Assembly (NCBI GenBank): GCA_028534125.1
Contig: CM052816.1
Coordinates: 76,448,001 to 76,512,000, forward strand
Direction of reading: 5' to 3'
From: Lama glama
Lineage: Eukaryota
Length of the DNA: 64,000 nt
Below the pieces are notes generated by a model that did not search any database, had not been told where the DNA came from, and was given only the letters and a program-made list of their open reading frames with translations. The position numbers were made by a program, and so were the translations under genes. Positions within the stretch are counted from its first letter, which is position 1; each line of letters starts with the position of its first letter. Below are positions 49,880 to 63,226 of this stretch, one piece after another.

Positions 49880-50255
49880 GACCCTGATCCTTACTATCTG
49901 ATAACTTTAGGAAAGTTAATTAACTTCTTTTTGTCTCAGTTTCCTTCCAGTAAATAAATAGAATCATACCACAAACCTAATGAGGGTTTTGTAAGGATTT
50001 TTAAGGGCAATATAGGGAAAAGGGTATAGCTCAGTGGTAGAGTGTGTGCTTAGCATGCAGGAGGTCTTGGGTTCAAAACCCCAGTACCTCCATTAAAGTA
50101 AATAAAGAAATAAATAAAAACCTAGTTACCTCTCCCCTTAAGAAAACCTTGAAAACAACTTTATTACCAAAAGAAAGATGAGATTAAAATTCATTAAAAA
50201 ATAAATGAAGGCAATACATGTAAAGGCACACACAGGGACTCAGTAGATGTTTATC
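49880..50255 (+). mobile_element. MIR interrupted by a SINE
   Basis: 'actttaggaaagttaattaacttc...tctcagtttcctt...gggttttgtaaggatt' resumes as 'caatacatgtaaaggcac' after the SINE. Confidence 0.7.
50015..50207 (+). mobile_element. tRNA-Ala-derived SINE (Vic-1-like) with extended tail
   Basis: 'gggtatagctcagtggtagagtgtgtgcttagcatgcaggaggtcttgggttcaaaacccc'; imperfect TSD AAGG(G)CAATA. Confidence 0.9.
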
Positions 50256-50324
50256 TATCAGCCACTATACATAAAAATAGATTTAAAAAAATTTCTTCTG
50301 TATAGCTATATTATCTGTATAGCT

Positions 50325-50481
50325 GTATATACTATATTCAATATCTTGTAATAACCTTTAATGGAAAAGAATATGAAAATGAATATATGTATGTATATGT
50401 ATGACTGGGACATTGTGCTGTACACCAGAAATTGATACATTGTAACTGACTGTACTTCGATTTAAAAAATTAAAAACAAAA
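50325..50481 (+). mobile_element. L1 3' tip
   Basis: 'tattcaatatcttgtaataacc...tgctgtacaccagaaattgatacattgtaactgac' plus an A-tail. Confidence 0.85.
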
Positions 50482-52613
50482 GTAGCAGTATACCTTGGCT
50501 AGCATATTCCTCTGGAAGAAGAGAATCTAGATTCCCGTTAATGACATTATGAGTTCCTTATTTCTACTCTCAACTCCTCAAAAGACCACCAGAAAAAAAT
50601 GCTGATCAAATAAGGATAATCAGACTCATCCACAGATGGGAGGAATAACAAATGGACAGAGGCTGAATCGTGTCTCAGAATGGAAGGTTTAAAGGAGAAT
50701 ATTTATAGGGTTGGGGTTCAGGCTCCAGTGATCTTAAGGCAGGTCTTTCAATGGAAGGAATGAATTGGAATCAGGTAAAGTTTGTGACTAAAGGTCTCAT
50801 GCTGAAAAATCAGCTAAAGGATTCTGGATTGTACTAGTCCTTTTTCCTGTGCATATTCCATAAGTAGCATGATATTTGAAGGTAATTAGCACATAATGTT
50901 GATAAATTTAATTTAAAAAACTGGTTTTCCTGTTCAGTACCTGAATAATTCAGGCAAACAAGCTATGTGTATTGTTTCCCTCTGAATAGCTGTACTTTAA
51001 AAACTTGAACAGAAACGTTAAAGTTTTAAGTATTTTCTATTTTTCCCATTAATAGTAGATACTGAAAAATAGAAGATACTAAGAAAATAAATAGTGGGGC
51101 CAAATGAGGGTAGTGATTCCTAAGAAGGTAGTGATTCCTATCATTACACTATAAATCATTACACTATTACAACTTGCAACATAGGAAGCATTTTTTTTCA
51201 CCATGGACTGGGTAATAGATTTCATGATGAAGGCATAAGAATTAAGTGTGAATTTAGTAGTGACCCTTGGCTCCATTATGAGAAAAAAGAGAGTAAGTTG
51301 TTAAAAATCTTCCATTGAAATGTGCTTCTTATTATACTTTCATATATAATATAAAACATGCAACAAATATTATAATATATAAGAAATAACAGCTTTGAAT
51401 TGAGAACAAAAAGAATTTAATCCTCTGAGAATATTCTGTACAGAATATAAGACAGAAGGTTAGACTTTCAATTACTAGGATCTAGAAATGTGAAAGGTCA
51501 GGTTGCATAATTCTCTATTTCTGCTGATTTATTTTATAATTATACACAATATTTTACAAACCAGATTTATCACTTAATATTTTAGTACTTATGCTCTTCC
51601 TGAGATATGTTGTTAACCTTACTTAGACTGCCTTGTTTGCATTTGATTCCACAGAATTGCACAGTAATCCCTGTTGAGAATATATGTGCCTCTCTGATAC
51701 CTAGATTGTCCCCTTGGAACTGATTATAAATCAAATCTCATAGGAATTCAATTCTACGACTTATTCCTTCATGTAGTGTGTCATTAATTCAATATTTTAA
51801 TTTTTTATTGAAATCTGTGGTAACTATTGCAGTGAAAATGTTGACCTCTTTTGTCAGAATGCTTCTTAAATATTTGATTATTGGTAAAAGTCTGGTAACC
51901 AAAGGAATGTATAGCTTGAAGAGCACACACTGAATACCTGACATTCATGGAGATTCCTGCTTTCAATTAGGGAAATGCTTAGTCAAGAAGGAAAGGAAGG
52001 AGCACTTAAATTAAATCTGTTGTAAGCAAAGCATTGCCCATACAAATGTATTATAATAGCAAATGTTTCTCAGGGCAATTACAAGTCTAAAATGTGCTGA
52101 GTGCTTTCATAAACATTATTACTTTGTTGTTTTAAAATATGAGGAGATAGCCTCATTAAAGATTGCATCACTATTATTGGATAGAACAGAGCTTCAATTA
52201 TATTCTGACTACCCCCTCCCAGCCATTTTTTTCTCCTATTATGCCATTTTCTGTCGTCTCAAAACCTTACTCTGTGAATTCTGAAACTTTTACTTTAAGG
52301 GTAAAGGATGTCTTCTATGGTCCAGATATAGCCCATGCAGGTAAGAGAGCCAGCCTATAGTTGATTTACAGTCTGCCCAAGGGGGGCTGCAGGTCAACTA
52401 TGAAGATCTAGGCAGGAAACAAACAAACAAAAAAAACCGTGGACTCTGCTAGGTGTAGAGATGTATTTGTTCCTGATAAGAATTGACCTGTAATAACAGA
52501 TTCTCAGGAATGAGGCTGAGGACTAGTGGTCTTCAAAGAACTCATGGAATTTTGCCAAACCCAGAGATCACCAATGCTAGATAACTCCCAAGTACAAATA
52601 AGATTGTTCCCTC

Positions 52614-53094
52614 TGTGGTAGATGGAATAATGTCCCTGCCTTCCCAAATATGTTCATGTCCTAATCCTCAAAACATGTGAAATATTACCTTACAGGGCAA
52701 AAGAAACTTTGCTGTGTGATTAAGTACCTTGTAATAGAAAGATAATCCTAGATTATCTAAGAAGGCCCAATATAATCACGAAGCTCCTTGTAATAGGGAG
52801 GTAAGAGGGAGTCAAAGGCAGAAGAAGGAGGTGGGGCAATGGAAGCAGAGGCTGGAAGGATGTACTTTGAAGATGGAGGAAGGGGGTATGAGCCAATAAA
52901 CAGGAGACCACTAGACACTGAAAATCACAAGGAAACAGATCTTCTCCCAAAGCCTCCAGAAGGAACACAACCCTAACAAATCGTTGATTTTAGACTTCTG
53001 GCCTCTAAAACTATCAGAAAACAAATCTGTGAAATTTGTGTTCTTTCAACTAACTTTGTAGTAATTGGTTAAGCAGCAATAAGAAATTAATACT
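52614..53094 (+). mobile_element. MLT1C/D-like solo LTR
   Basis: 'tgtggtagatggaataatg...catgtcctaatcc...agcctccagaaggaacaca...gcagcaataagaaattaatac'. Confidence 0.9.
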
Positions 53095-54295
53095 ACTCTC
53101 CTGCCTTTGCCTCTTCAATTCTAAAGGGTCCAGTGGGGAAATTTAGTGAGTGGAGGAGGAAGGATATAACTGTAGCTGGGGAAATAGGCAGAACAGTGGG
53201 AATGTAACAGTTCATGGCACCTGCTTCAAACTGTAGATGTCCAGCCCAAAGAAGTCCCAGGCTGACCTGGATTTGTTAATTACTGAACCGATTGAGACAT
53301 GACTGACCAAAGGCTATATTCTTACCCACTGGTAATGAGACTTGTACTGGACTTCACCCAAAGGCTGAATGAGCAAGATTGTATGAGAAATGAAGAACAT
53401 AAAGTAATTTCTGATTATATCCTATGAGTCCCACTTTTCCAAAGTTACAGCACCAAATGGGAACCAGGCTCACTCTGCATTAGGTGACTGTTCTGTTGCC
53501 TCATCATTCTATGGTCTTAGATTCCCTCCAACACTCTTGTTTTTCTGACCCCTGCCAAGTGTCTTAGCAACTGCCTCCTTTCTCCATTACACTGTTCCAG
53601 TGAGATTTTCAGTGCTGATATTCTCAGATTCCCTGCATTCAGTCCTGCCTACCTATGTGTTACCAGCCTTTGAAAATTCCTCTTGTTTATAAAAATAATA
53701 ATGGCCTTGTGGTGATTGTCAGAGTTTACTTTTCAAAATGTTTTTAAAAATGTCATTTATATAGACAGAGAGCACATTATTTAACTCATTAATGAGGAAA
53801 TTAATGCGGGAAACCAGTAGAATGAAAAATAGGAATTTTATATGTTCTGTGAAGAAAGGTGGTGAAATAAAATTGCTTAATTAGATGCAAATTGGATTAT
53901 GTTCCATAGAGGAATAAAATGGCAAACTTGGAAGTCATCAAGTCTGACAGAAGAAAAAAAATCATTGCATTTTATCGTTTTCTACAACTTAAATTCTATA
54001 TTTCAAAGCTGTAATGTGCCTGGATCCTAATCAATTTCTATTATTACAGTGAACATTCCATTTTCTGAGGGAGTCAGGTATGTTGGATAATGCTTTGGAA
54101 TAACATTAAAAGGTTGCACAATCATCTTAAAGATTTATTTTCAAGTTAAGAGTGATTCTTTGTTAACATCATCAACAAATTATTAAAGAATCTCAAAAAT
54201 TTTAAGTTATTAAATATATATTGATTTAAAGGGAGCAAATTCACTAACTAATATGACCTTCTCATTTAAAACAAGGTTTTCATTTATTAAATCCT

Positions 54296-54620
54296 TGTAC
54301 TGGATTGCGGTACATCAACTTGGTTAAGCTGGGATTTATGTTTCCCCGAGTCTCCTTCTCTGTATGTGACTTGGAAGGTGGATGTTAAATAGCTGCCATG
54401 ATTCATTCAAAGACACTGGAGTCAGTGATGTTCATCTGCAGAAGTGCCCAGCCAATCCTAGCTGATCCCTACTCCTTCCTGTGCTATGATCAACTTGCCT
54501 TCCCAACTGAGGGCCAGGCTGGGCAACAACTGCCATAGGCTCACAAGCAGATGTTTGGCAATGCTACATGGAGGTTAAGAGCTTCTTGTAGACATCTCCA
54601 TGGCATCTCCCTCTGCACCT
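54296..54620 (+). mobile_element. MLT2F-like ERVL LTR 5' part
   Basis: 'tgtactggattgcggtacatcaacttggttaagctggga...tttcccc...ttggaaggtgga'. Confidence 0.65.
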
Positions 54621-54649
54621 ACTTCCTTGTCTGGGCAAAAGATAGAAAA

Positions 54650-54775
54650 TACTATCCTCATTATATAGGTGAGAAAACAGACTGAGAAAGTAACTTGCCC
54701 AAAGTCACATATTACATATGTGATTATAATGGAGACTTCAAATAGTCTTGTATTCATGCTCTCCTGTTACTAGAC
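54650..54775 (-). mobile_element. MIR fragment
   Basis: 'atcctcattatataggtgagaaaacagact...aagtaacttgcccaaagtcaca'. Confidence 0.75.
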
Positions 54776-54814
54776 CCTTGATTCTTAGCTGAACAGATAG
54801 TCACAATAATAGGG

Positions 54815-55194
54815 ACTATATTCCTAGTGCCTTGGAATTAGGTACTGCCACTTGGCTATATTTTGGCCAATGAGGTAAAAGTAGACATGGTGGAAAGTGG
54901 CTCTGAAGGGAGAGACTACATCCTTTTACTTGCCTTCTTTCCTGATTGCTATAATGCAGATGAAATGGCTTGATCTTCAGCAGCCATATTGGGTCACGCA
55001 GGGATCTTGGGAATAGCGTTCTAACACAGTGGAGCAGGATGCCATAAGACTCTTGAGTCATTGATACACTGCAGCGCCTTAGACGCCTGTCTCTAAACTT
55101 CTACCTGAATGAAAAATAAATTTCCATCTTATTTAAGTCACTGTTATTTGGGATTTTCTACAACATGCAACTGAACCTAATCTCAATTGGTGCA
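54815..55194 (+). mobile_element. MLT1I/J-like LTR
   Basis: 'ttttggccaatgag', 'cagcagccatatt' and 'cttatttaagtcactgttatttggg...caactgaacctaatc'. Confidence 0.75.
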
Positions 55195-58100
55195 GTCACA
55201 TAATTTTTTTGCATACACACAAAAAAATAAAACTGAATAACTCTACTATCAATACCACCATTCATTCTTACCATTCTTTCACCTTTGAGGTAGATTAGAA
55301 ATTAGAAATATTTCTCTGTTGTTATAGGTTTTCAATCTCAAGTCCAAAAACTTATATTCATCAGAAGTCCTTGAAAATGTCAATTCTCTATCAACAAGAC
55401 TTCTCATCAAAGTATTAAAAATAGGAAACTACTGTGAACTGGAAATTTGATCTTTTTTGTGATAGCACATTGGTAGAAAAATGCATTACTCAGGATCTTG
55501 AAAATTAAAAAGACTTCTATCCTAAGTGACAACCAGCTGAAAAAATTGGACTGGATTGTTTTACATAGCCCTAATTCACTTCAAAATATGTTTAGTCCAA
55601 GCGTATTTTGACTAACTGGGAGTTTTCAGCTCTTCCTTTATAACTATGGGAGAGCTGAATAGGCTTGTCTTTGACTTGGCAACAAAAGTATACAAGGGTA
55701 TATCATGAAATAATTTTTTTCTTAGAGTTATTAAAATTAGAGGAAAATGCTGAAAAAAACTCTTATAAAATGTGCATACGTAAATGTACAGACAGCAAGG
55801 TAAATGCACTACCTACTCAAGTTCAAAATAGTTTCCTGAGTTCTTACTGTTCTTGTTGCCAAGTTTCCAAGACCATTGATTTTTGTTGCCAATCTCAATT
55901 TCAGTATGGAAAGTAATGGGCCTTCAATTCACGAATTACATTGATTTTTGCTGAGCACTCAGACTTTAACAAGCCTTGTGAGTTTCTGCCCATAATTTAT
56001 GACCTAAGCACTCAGATCTGGATGAGAGAAAATAAATAAACTCTATGTGAAGAATTGATTTGGGTATTGTCCTGTGATGACTTTACAGGAGGTAGAGAAA
56101 ACCGACTCTGTTTGGGGTTTTAAGGGTCAATGAGACAATCCCTCTATAAATTAACTCCCTTTGAACCTCTAAAGGCCAACCTTTCACCATTAGAGCTTCA
56201 TTTGGTCATGAGATGAGTATTTCTCTTGTTTAAGTTTAAACATACCTGAAGTGAATAACATGCTAAGTACATCAATTCCCTCCTAAGCATGTGCATCAAG
56301 AGGAGACTGTAAAAGACTGAAGGACATTGGACTAGCACAGAGCCTCAGCCCTGCCATAAGCAGGCGTGCTCAAGTGACACGCTTGGTTCGCCAAGCACAT
56401 TAGGAAACCATTTTGTATCTTGGGCAAGTTTAAGAAAAATCAAAACAAACCAAAATAGTAAGCTAGCTATTAAACAGAAAAGTGAGTTATTTCTCTTATT
56501 GACTTTCATATTTTTTAAAGTGCAAAGCTGGCACTTGAAATCAGATCAATTTGCTTCTCAGTAATAATTGATTGATGTGAGGAAAAAAGCTGTGAAATCC
56601 AGTTGAAAATTGAAAAATAAATAGCTCAATCAACTGAATATCCACTTCCATGATATCAAAGTGGTTTTACCAATATGTTTCCCTGAATTTACTAAGTTAA
56701 GTAACTTTTTGACATCACTGGAATGAGGCCAGAAGAGGAAGACAGGAGGTTAACTGTGTCCCCCTTTGGGTGGGAAGGAAGAGAGTGAATGGGGAAGACA
56801 GACTGAGCTGAGGACATCAGCCCAGGTAGAATCTTGTACCAGTTCATTTGCCCCACTCACTATCTCGCAATTCCCCACTTACTGTGGTTGTTGTAGCAGC
56901 CTTGCTTCTTCTCTTCTAGAAGGAACCCAAATTACCAGTAGCTTCGAATCCATTTCCATTTCATCACAAACATATTCAGACACATTTCTACTTTGAGTTT
57001 CCAAGCCCCATTTCAAAAAGTTGTCCGCAGTAGGGAAGACAAACATAATCCAATGAATATCATCCCACTTATAATTTTAAATAGTGGGGTCTATTCAGAG
57101 CTGAGTGACACAGAGGAAACATCAAAATAATCTTGCTAGAACTTGGTCAAATACTGACCCCAGTGGGAGATCTTCCAAATTCTGGATCCCTTCCCAGGGG
57201 ACAGATTCAGAAGGGTCTAGTGGAGCCAGAACTCAAGTGTCTGTGAGGATCTAAATGGTTCAAATGAGAAGTGGGTTCAGTTGCCTGTAGTTTCCCTTTT
57301 CTGTTCACTGTTTTTCCTAATCATTCTGAGATAAAACGAGTATCTAATGCTTTGGCTTTTGGGGGTATAGGCCCTCTTCCTACAGCCCCTTCCCTGGGAA
57401 AGCAGATAACTCTGTTAGTGCACATTTGACTTAATAAAGCTGCTGCTGTTAATGTAGTAATCCTTGCAAATGAAAATTGAGTTAATGCAGTCTGTCTGAA
57501 ACGGAGACTCCAAAATAACCAATAACAAATGCACAACAGGTGACAGGCCCCCACAGTCCAGCATGTGCACTTGTCTTCACTTGGAAGATTCTGTTTGTGT
57601 TCACCTGTAACCAGGAGGTCCAACCAGGGCCGCAACAAAAAATAAGCTGCCAGGAATTGTCTTCATGTCCATGAGCTTGACATCACAGCCCAGTCTCTAC
57701 TTTCTTCATTACCAGAGTACCATATGGCCTACTTCTACAGTAAACACATCTTTAAGATCATGAGAAAAGTTGCCCATGTTGGTAAGAATTTAGGCCAAAT
57801 TATACCGAGAAACACAATGCAAGCATTTCTGAGTGATTATTTTATTTTATTCTGTGTAATAATCATCTTGTTACATTAAAATCAGTGCTGCTATAGTAGG
57901 TGACAGTGTGCTGGATTCAGCTCTGGTTTTTAAGAAAGAAAACTGTTTTCTGCTTTTGACTAGCATGAATTTATTCACTTGGAATGGTTTCCCAAATACT
58001 TTTATAAATATGTTTGTAGTGTCAGTCGTCACATGTATTTCAGAAAACATATATTCCTGATCAAATAGGAGAAGAAAAATATGTTCCTTTATTTCTCTAA

Positions 58101-59410
58101 ACATATATCCTTTCTTAGATTAAATTTGTGGAGAGATTTCTCTGCCCTCTAATACTCAGAGTAAAGTATATGGAAAAGAAAAAAAGTCATTTGCAAAGAA
58201 GGATTACAAAGGATCTAGACTTTAGAAGACTGGCTCACCAAATAAAACGTGAAACAGGTACTTTATGTAAATGTAAATGAAACTTTAAAAATTTAACCAT
58301 ACTATTGAGTTTAGACTTCATCTATTCTTAATGGAAAACAACATTTTTCTTACATTATTATCAGACCCACAAATATTTTATATCATCAGATACTGCATTG
58401 CAAAATTCAGGAATAAAGCTGTTTGTGTTAGGGAGTCAGCAACTTAAGGGAAATGCTAGAGTTTTCATTTCTTCGGAAGACTAGAATAAATCAGAAACCT
58501 GTTTTGTTGTTACTACTGTTGCTGTTGGTTTTGTTTTGTTGCTTGGACTTATCTCAGGATGTAGTGATTTTTCTATTTATTGAAAGAAGTTCCCACCCCA
58601 AAATGTCAGCACAGCAAAGTATCATTGCTTTCACAGTCAGATACTCTGAAAATTTTACATTATTATTTTGAGGAATTAAAGAAGAGAAGAAGGAAGGATG
58701 GCATCCAGAGTGGGGTGAAGAGAAAAAGAAAAACAAGGAAATGAGGCAACAGTTGGCATAATTAATAATTCAGCATTATCAGAAATATGGAGTAAGGAAT
58801 AAAGACAATAATAAAAATCCGCTGTGAAATTCCATGATTTGGGAGAGGGTAGAACCTGCTCACAAAATGTGGACTGGAAGCTCAGGATTTTCATTTGAAT
58901 GTAAATGAAAGGAAATCCCACTGGAGGATTTCAATATATTTAGACATTCTGCTCTCTGATTTCCAAAGTGATAAGTTAATAGGATAAATGAACACATGTG
59001 TAATATTTCAGAGAAAAGGTAGTCCCCATAACTTTGTTTCCTTTTAGTTAAAGTACATGTGTTTTCGTACCAGACTTCTGAAGATAATCTCTTAAGCCAA
59101 AGGGCCTTTGTGTACTACAACAGATCATTGAGGAGATGGTATTTCTGGAAGGGGAAGGAAAGGGTTTCGTTGTGCTTCATATTATGCTACATAAAAATGA
59201 ATTTTATAAATTCAAACTTGAATTAAAAAATCCAAATTCCTTTTTAGAAGAATTGTGTTCATGTACATAAGGCTACTCTTCACTTTACGACTTTCCAAGT
59301 TGCCACTCAAGGAGGGTACCTTCCATCTCTGTAAGAGGAATTGACCGTTTCTTCTGTACATGGCACTGACATGACATAGTTCACAGCATAGAAGGGGAGT
59401 GGGACAAGGT

Positions 59411-59830
59411 GTATCAGCTAACATAATATCTTGCTGCTTTGCTTAATCAGACAACCCACAGTGGCTTAACATAATCCCCTGGACATCCATGTGGAGTCCG
59501 TCATAGTCCAGTGTGGTGTTTATTGGGGAATCTTATACTCAGTGATTGAGGGACCCAAACTCCTTCCATCGTATGACTAGGCCCCAAGACCTTTGAAATT
59601 CATGGCCAGGTTCTCCGAAGCTGGCTAGCAGATAGAGGAAGAAGTAATCATACACAGAATGATTTTATAGCCCAAGTCTTGTAGCATCCTTCCTTCCACT
59701 GATATTTCATTGGCTATAACTCAGTCATATGACCAGATCCAAATGATTGCAAGGGAGAATAGGATTTGTAGTCTGTTTATTCAGAAAGAAAAATAAATGC
59801 CTTTGGTAAACCTCTGGGTAGTCTCTGCAA
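59411..59830 (-). mobile_element. MLT1J/K-like LTR
   Basis: 'agtggcttaac', 'gggacccaaactccttccatc' and 'tcattggctataactcagtcatatgacc...gcaagggag'. Confidence 0.7.
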
Positions 59831-60779
59831 AAAAAAGTACATATCATTGGCTGTAACACAACTTCCTTTTTCTGAGATATATGTATTTAACAACTTTGTA
59901 GAAAATAATTTCAATTTCCAGGATCAAAGACCCGCCTGTAGTTATATCCAAGAGCTAAAAATGTTCCACCACCAACTACACTGTGTTATTGCTGCTGTTT
60001 TGAATGCTCCTATCCCTGTTCACTGCCTTTAATACTGATGTACTCGGAATAGGAGTGTGCATTTCATAAAGGGACATCTGGTTCTTCTTAATGCCCAGAT
60101 TATCAAAATTTTATGCATCCATGTTAGCTCTTTGTATGTTTCCTTTGAAACAGGTTCAAGTAAAGTTCACTTTGACAGAAAGCTGTAATGACTTCATGCA
60201 TTAATTAGTCTGGTTTGAGAGTAAGAGCTCTAAATGAAGGCGGTAAGCCTGTTTGTTATCACCTTTGGACCAGCTTTGCCCCAATCTTGCTGGGAATATT
60301 TTTGAAAACTCAGGACTCATTTTCTCCAGCTATCACAGAAATGATCCCAGGGTACAACAGTTCATTACACTTCTCTAGGCTCTGACATGTGACAGACTCA
60401 AAGTTCCTGCAGTTACTTAAAAGGGTAGCAGAGTGGGGGCATACAGTGCATGCCTGAGGACCTGGTTTTCCACGAGCCCTACACTCAGACCTTAATTGAA
60501 GTGATGTTCCAGCCTTTGAATTATCTGATTCCGGAGGCTTGGTGTCAGTGCTTAGGCACCTGAATTTTGAATGCTCCGTGGAACTATGTTTGCTCCAAAA
60601 TGAACTGTATGCACACACTGATGTGTAAGGGCATCCAATAGACTAGAACAGAAGAGGAAAAGTTTGGAACCAAGATGTGTATTTAATTGTTATTTAAAAA
60701 AAAAAGAACAAAATTAAGCTCATCTAATATTAATATAAAGATTAATGCTATCAGGCACCTTCAGACCTCTGTAACATAA

Positions 60780-61279
60780 NNNNNNNNNNNNNNNNNNNNN
60801 NNNNNNNNNNNNNNNNNNNNNNNNNNNNNNNNNNNNNNNNNNNNNNNNNNNNNNNNNNNNNNNNNNNNNNNNNNNNNNNNNNNNNNNNNNNNNNNNNNNN
60901 NNNNNNNNNNNNNNNNNNNNNNNNNNNNNNNNNNNNNNNNNNNNNNNNNNNNNNNNNNNNNNNNNNNNNNNNNNNNNNNNNNNNNNNNNNNNNNNNNNNN
61001 NNNNNNNNNNNNNNNNNNNNNNNNNNNNNNNNNNNNNNNNNNNNNNNNNNNNNNNNNNNNNNNNNNNNNNNNNNNNNNNNNNNNNNNNNNNNNNNNNNNN
61101 NNNNNNNNNNNNNNNNNNNNNNNNNNNNNNNNNNNNNNNNNNNNNNNNNNNNNNNNNNNNNNNNNNNNNNNNNNNNNNNNNNNNNNNNNNNNNNNNNNNN
61201 NNNNNNNNNNNNNNNNNNNNNNNNNNNNNNNNNNNNNNNNNNNNNNNNNNNNNNNNNNNNNNNNNNNNNNNNNNNNNNN
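60780..61279. other. Assembly gap (500 N)
   Basis: Run of exactly 500 N. Confidence 1.
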
Positions 61280-62432
61280 TTTATATTTGATATAATGTGA
61301 TATAGGATAGTATTGTTATATTATCATATGCCCATGTGTCAAGCTCAATCATGAGGTTATAGGAATATAAAGAATAGAAAAATATATAAAGAACAAGAAC
61401 ATAAAGATGCTCACTCAAAAAAGCCATAGGTTAGAAAGGCAGATACTTTAGACAGGAAGATGATTTTTGATGGATTAAGCCTAAATCATGTACAAACTTA
61501 TGAAATGTACATTTTGCAATAGTGGTTCAGTTAGCATTTTTTCTACTTGAGTCCTAGACAAAGTTGACATTTGCTAGTAATCAGGTCATTTGTTGTATAA
61601 ACACTCATTTAGAAAACCAATAAGAATTTAAAGCAGATGCACTCGGACTCATAGACTGTTCTTTTCAAAATAGATTGCTGCCTGGGGGTGTAATCATTAT
61701 ATCTAGCTGTGTTTGTGAAAAAAGTCACAAAGGTATTTCTGAATTATTTAGCTTCATAATGAGAGACAATATGTCTCTGCATTTTGCATTTTTCCAAACA
61801 TTTGCCTCCCTGTGTCTGAGTCCCAGAGAAATCTGCAGAGATCAGTTGGGTTCATATATCATATAACTGTAGTAAGAAGCAATATAATTATGATCAGCTT
61901 ATAAATCTGATTCTTTTGCCCACTGCATTTAATGTTTGTCCTAAATTCTGGGATCTTGTTTTATAATGCCCAGAGGCCAAATGTCTATTCTTCTCCTCTG
62001 TTTTCCCAAGGAGATTATAGCTGTGTGATTATTTGTATCTAGTACTTCTCTTTTACTAATTCATAGAGCATTTTATTCTTCTCATTTTTCAATCGTAAGT
62101 GTTCTTTGTTCATCTTTATTGTCATAATTTCTTTTCCATTTCATGGCCAACTTAGCTTCTGTTTCAAGTGCACTTCTGTGGTTTCTCAGTGGTCTTTCTT
62201 ATGGTTAGTTATCTGTGTACTTCTCCAACTTAGTCTTTTTACTAAGTATATAAATGTGAAGAGGCACATAGCATTATTTAAATAATATGTAAATAAGTCC
62301 TTTAAAATCTATATAATTACTAAAAATATTGCATACCTTAATGTTTGTTTAATTTTACTTTTTAAAAGTGATAAATTAAATAAATGCTGAGAATTATATA
62401 CAGTACCTACTTTTAACCTCTTAATATCAATA

Positions 62433-63177
62433 TAGGTTCCCCCACTGTCTGAAAGCAGAGCATTCCTATGAAGCCTTTTGTAAGCCCGAATTGCATAAAG
62501 CAAAGAAACCATAAAGCAGTTACCTTAGGACACATCTTGCTAACAGATCCACAAAATTCAGATCTGAAATAAATAGAGATAGAGTGCAGATGCTCAGAGA
62601 CACAGTTCAAAGCTATGATAGCTTGATGCTTAGATACTGCATGTGGTTTCCAGGGAAGGACCTTGGCGGTGTCACTCACTGCTAGGGATTTGCGTCGCCT
62701 CTAAAATGGCTTCTTGCAAAACAAATACTGAAGCTGTTTATTTTTAATTTTTTAAATTAAGGTATAGGTGATGTACAATATTAAATGTTTCAGGTGTACA
62801 ACATAGTGATTCACAATTTTTAAAGGTTGTACTCCACTTATAGTTATTATAAAACATCAGCTGTATTTCCTGTGCTGTATAATGTATCTTTGTAGCTTGT
62901 TTATTTTATATATAGCAGTTTGTATGTCTTAATCCCCAACTCCTACTTTGCCCCTCCTCTCTTTCCTCTCCCCACTAGTAGTTGCTGGTTTATTCTCTGT
63001 ATCTGTTTTTTTTTTTGTTACATTGTCTAGTTTGTTTCATTTTTTAAATTGTATAAGATAATACAGTATGTGTCTTTCTCTGTCTGACTTACTTCACTAA
63101 GCATAACACCATCCAGTTCCATTTATGTTGTTGCAAATAAAAAAATTTCATTCTTTTTTATGGCTGATTAATATTTC

Positions 63178-63226
<49 letters not shown>

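Noticed and set aside
50021..50092. tRNA-Ala(AGC) gene (and similar copies at 4602, 39310 and 46550)
   Set aside because: A-rich tails, TSDs, CpG decay and disrupted stems identify these as SINEs, not tRNA genes.
51109..51140. 14-bp direct repeat GGTAGTGATTCCTA
   Set aside because: Two copies only; a simple local duplication, not an array.
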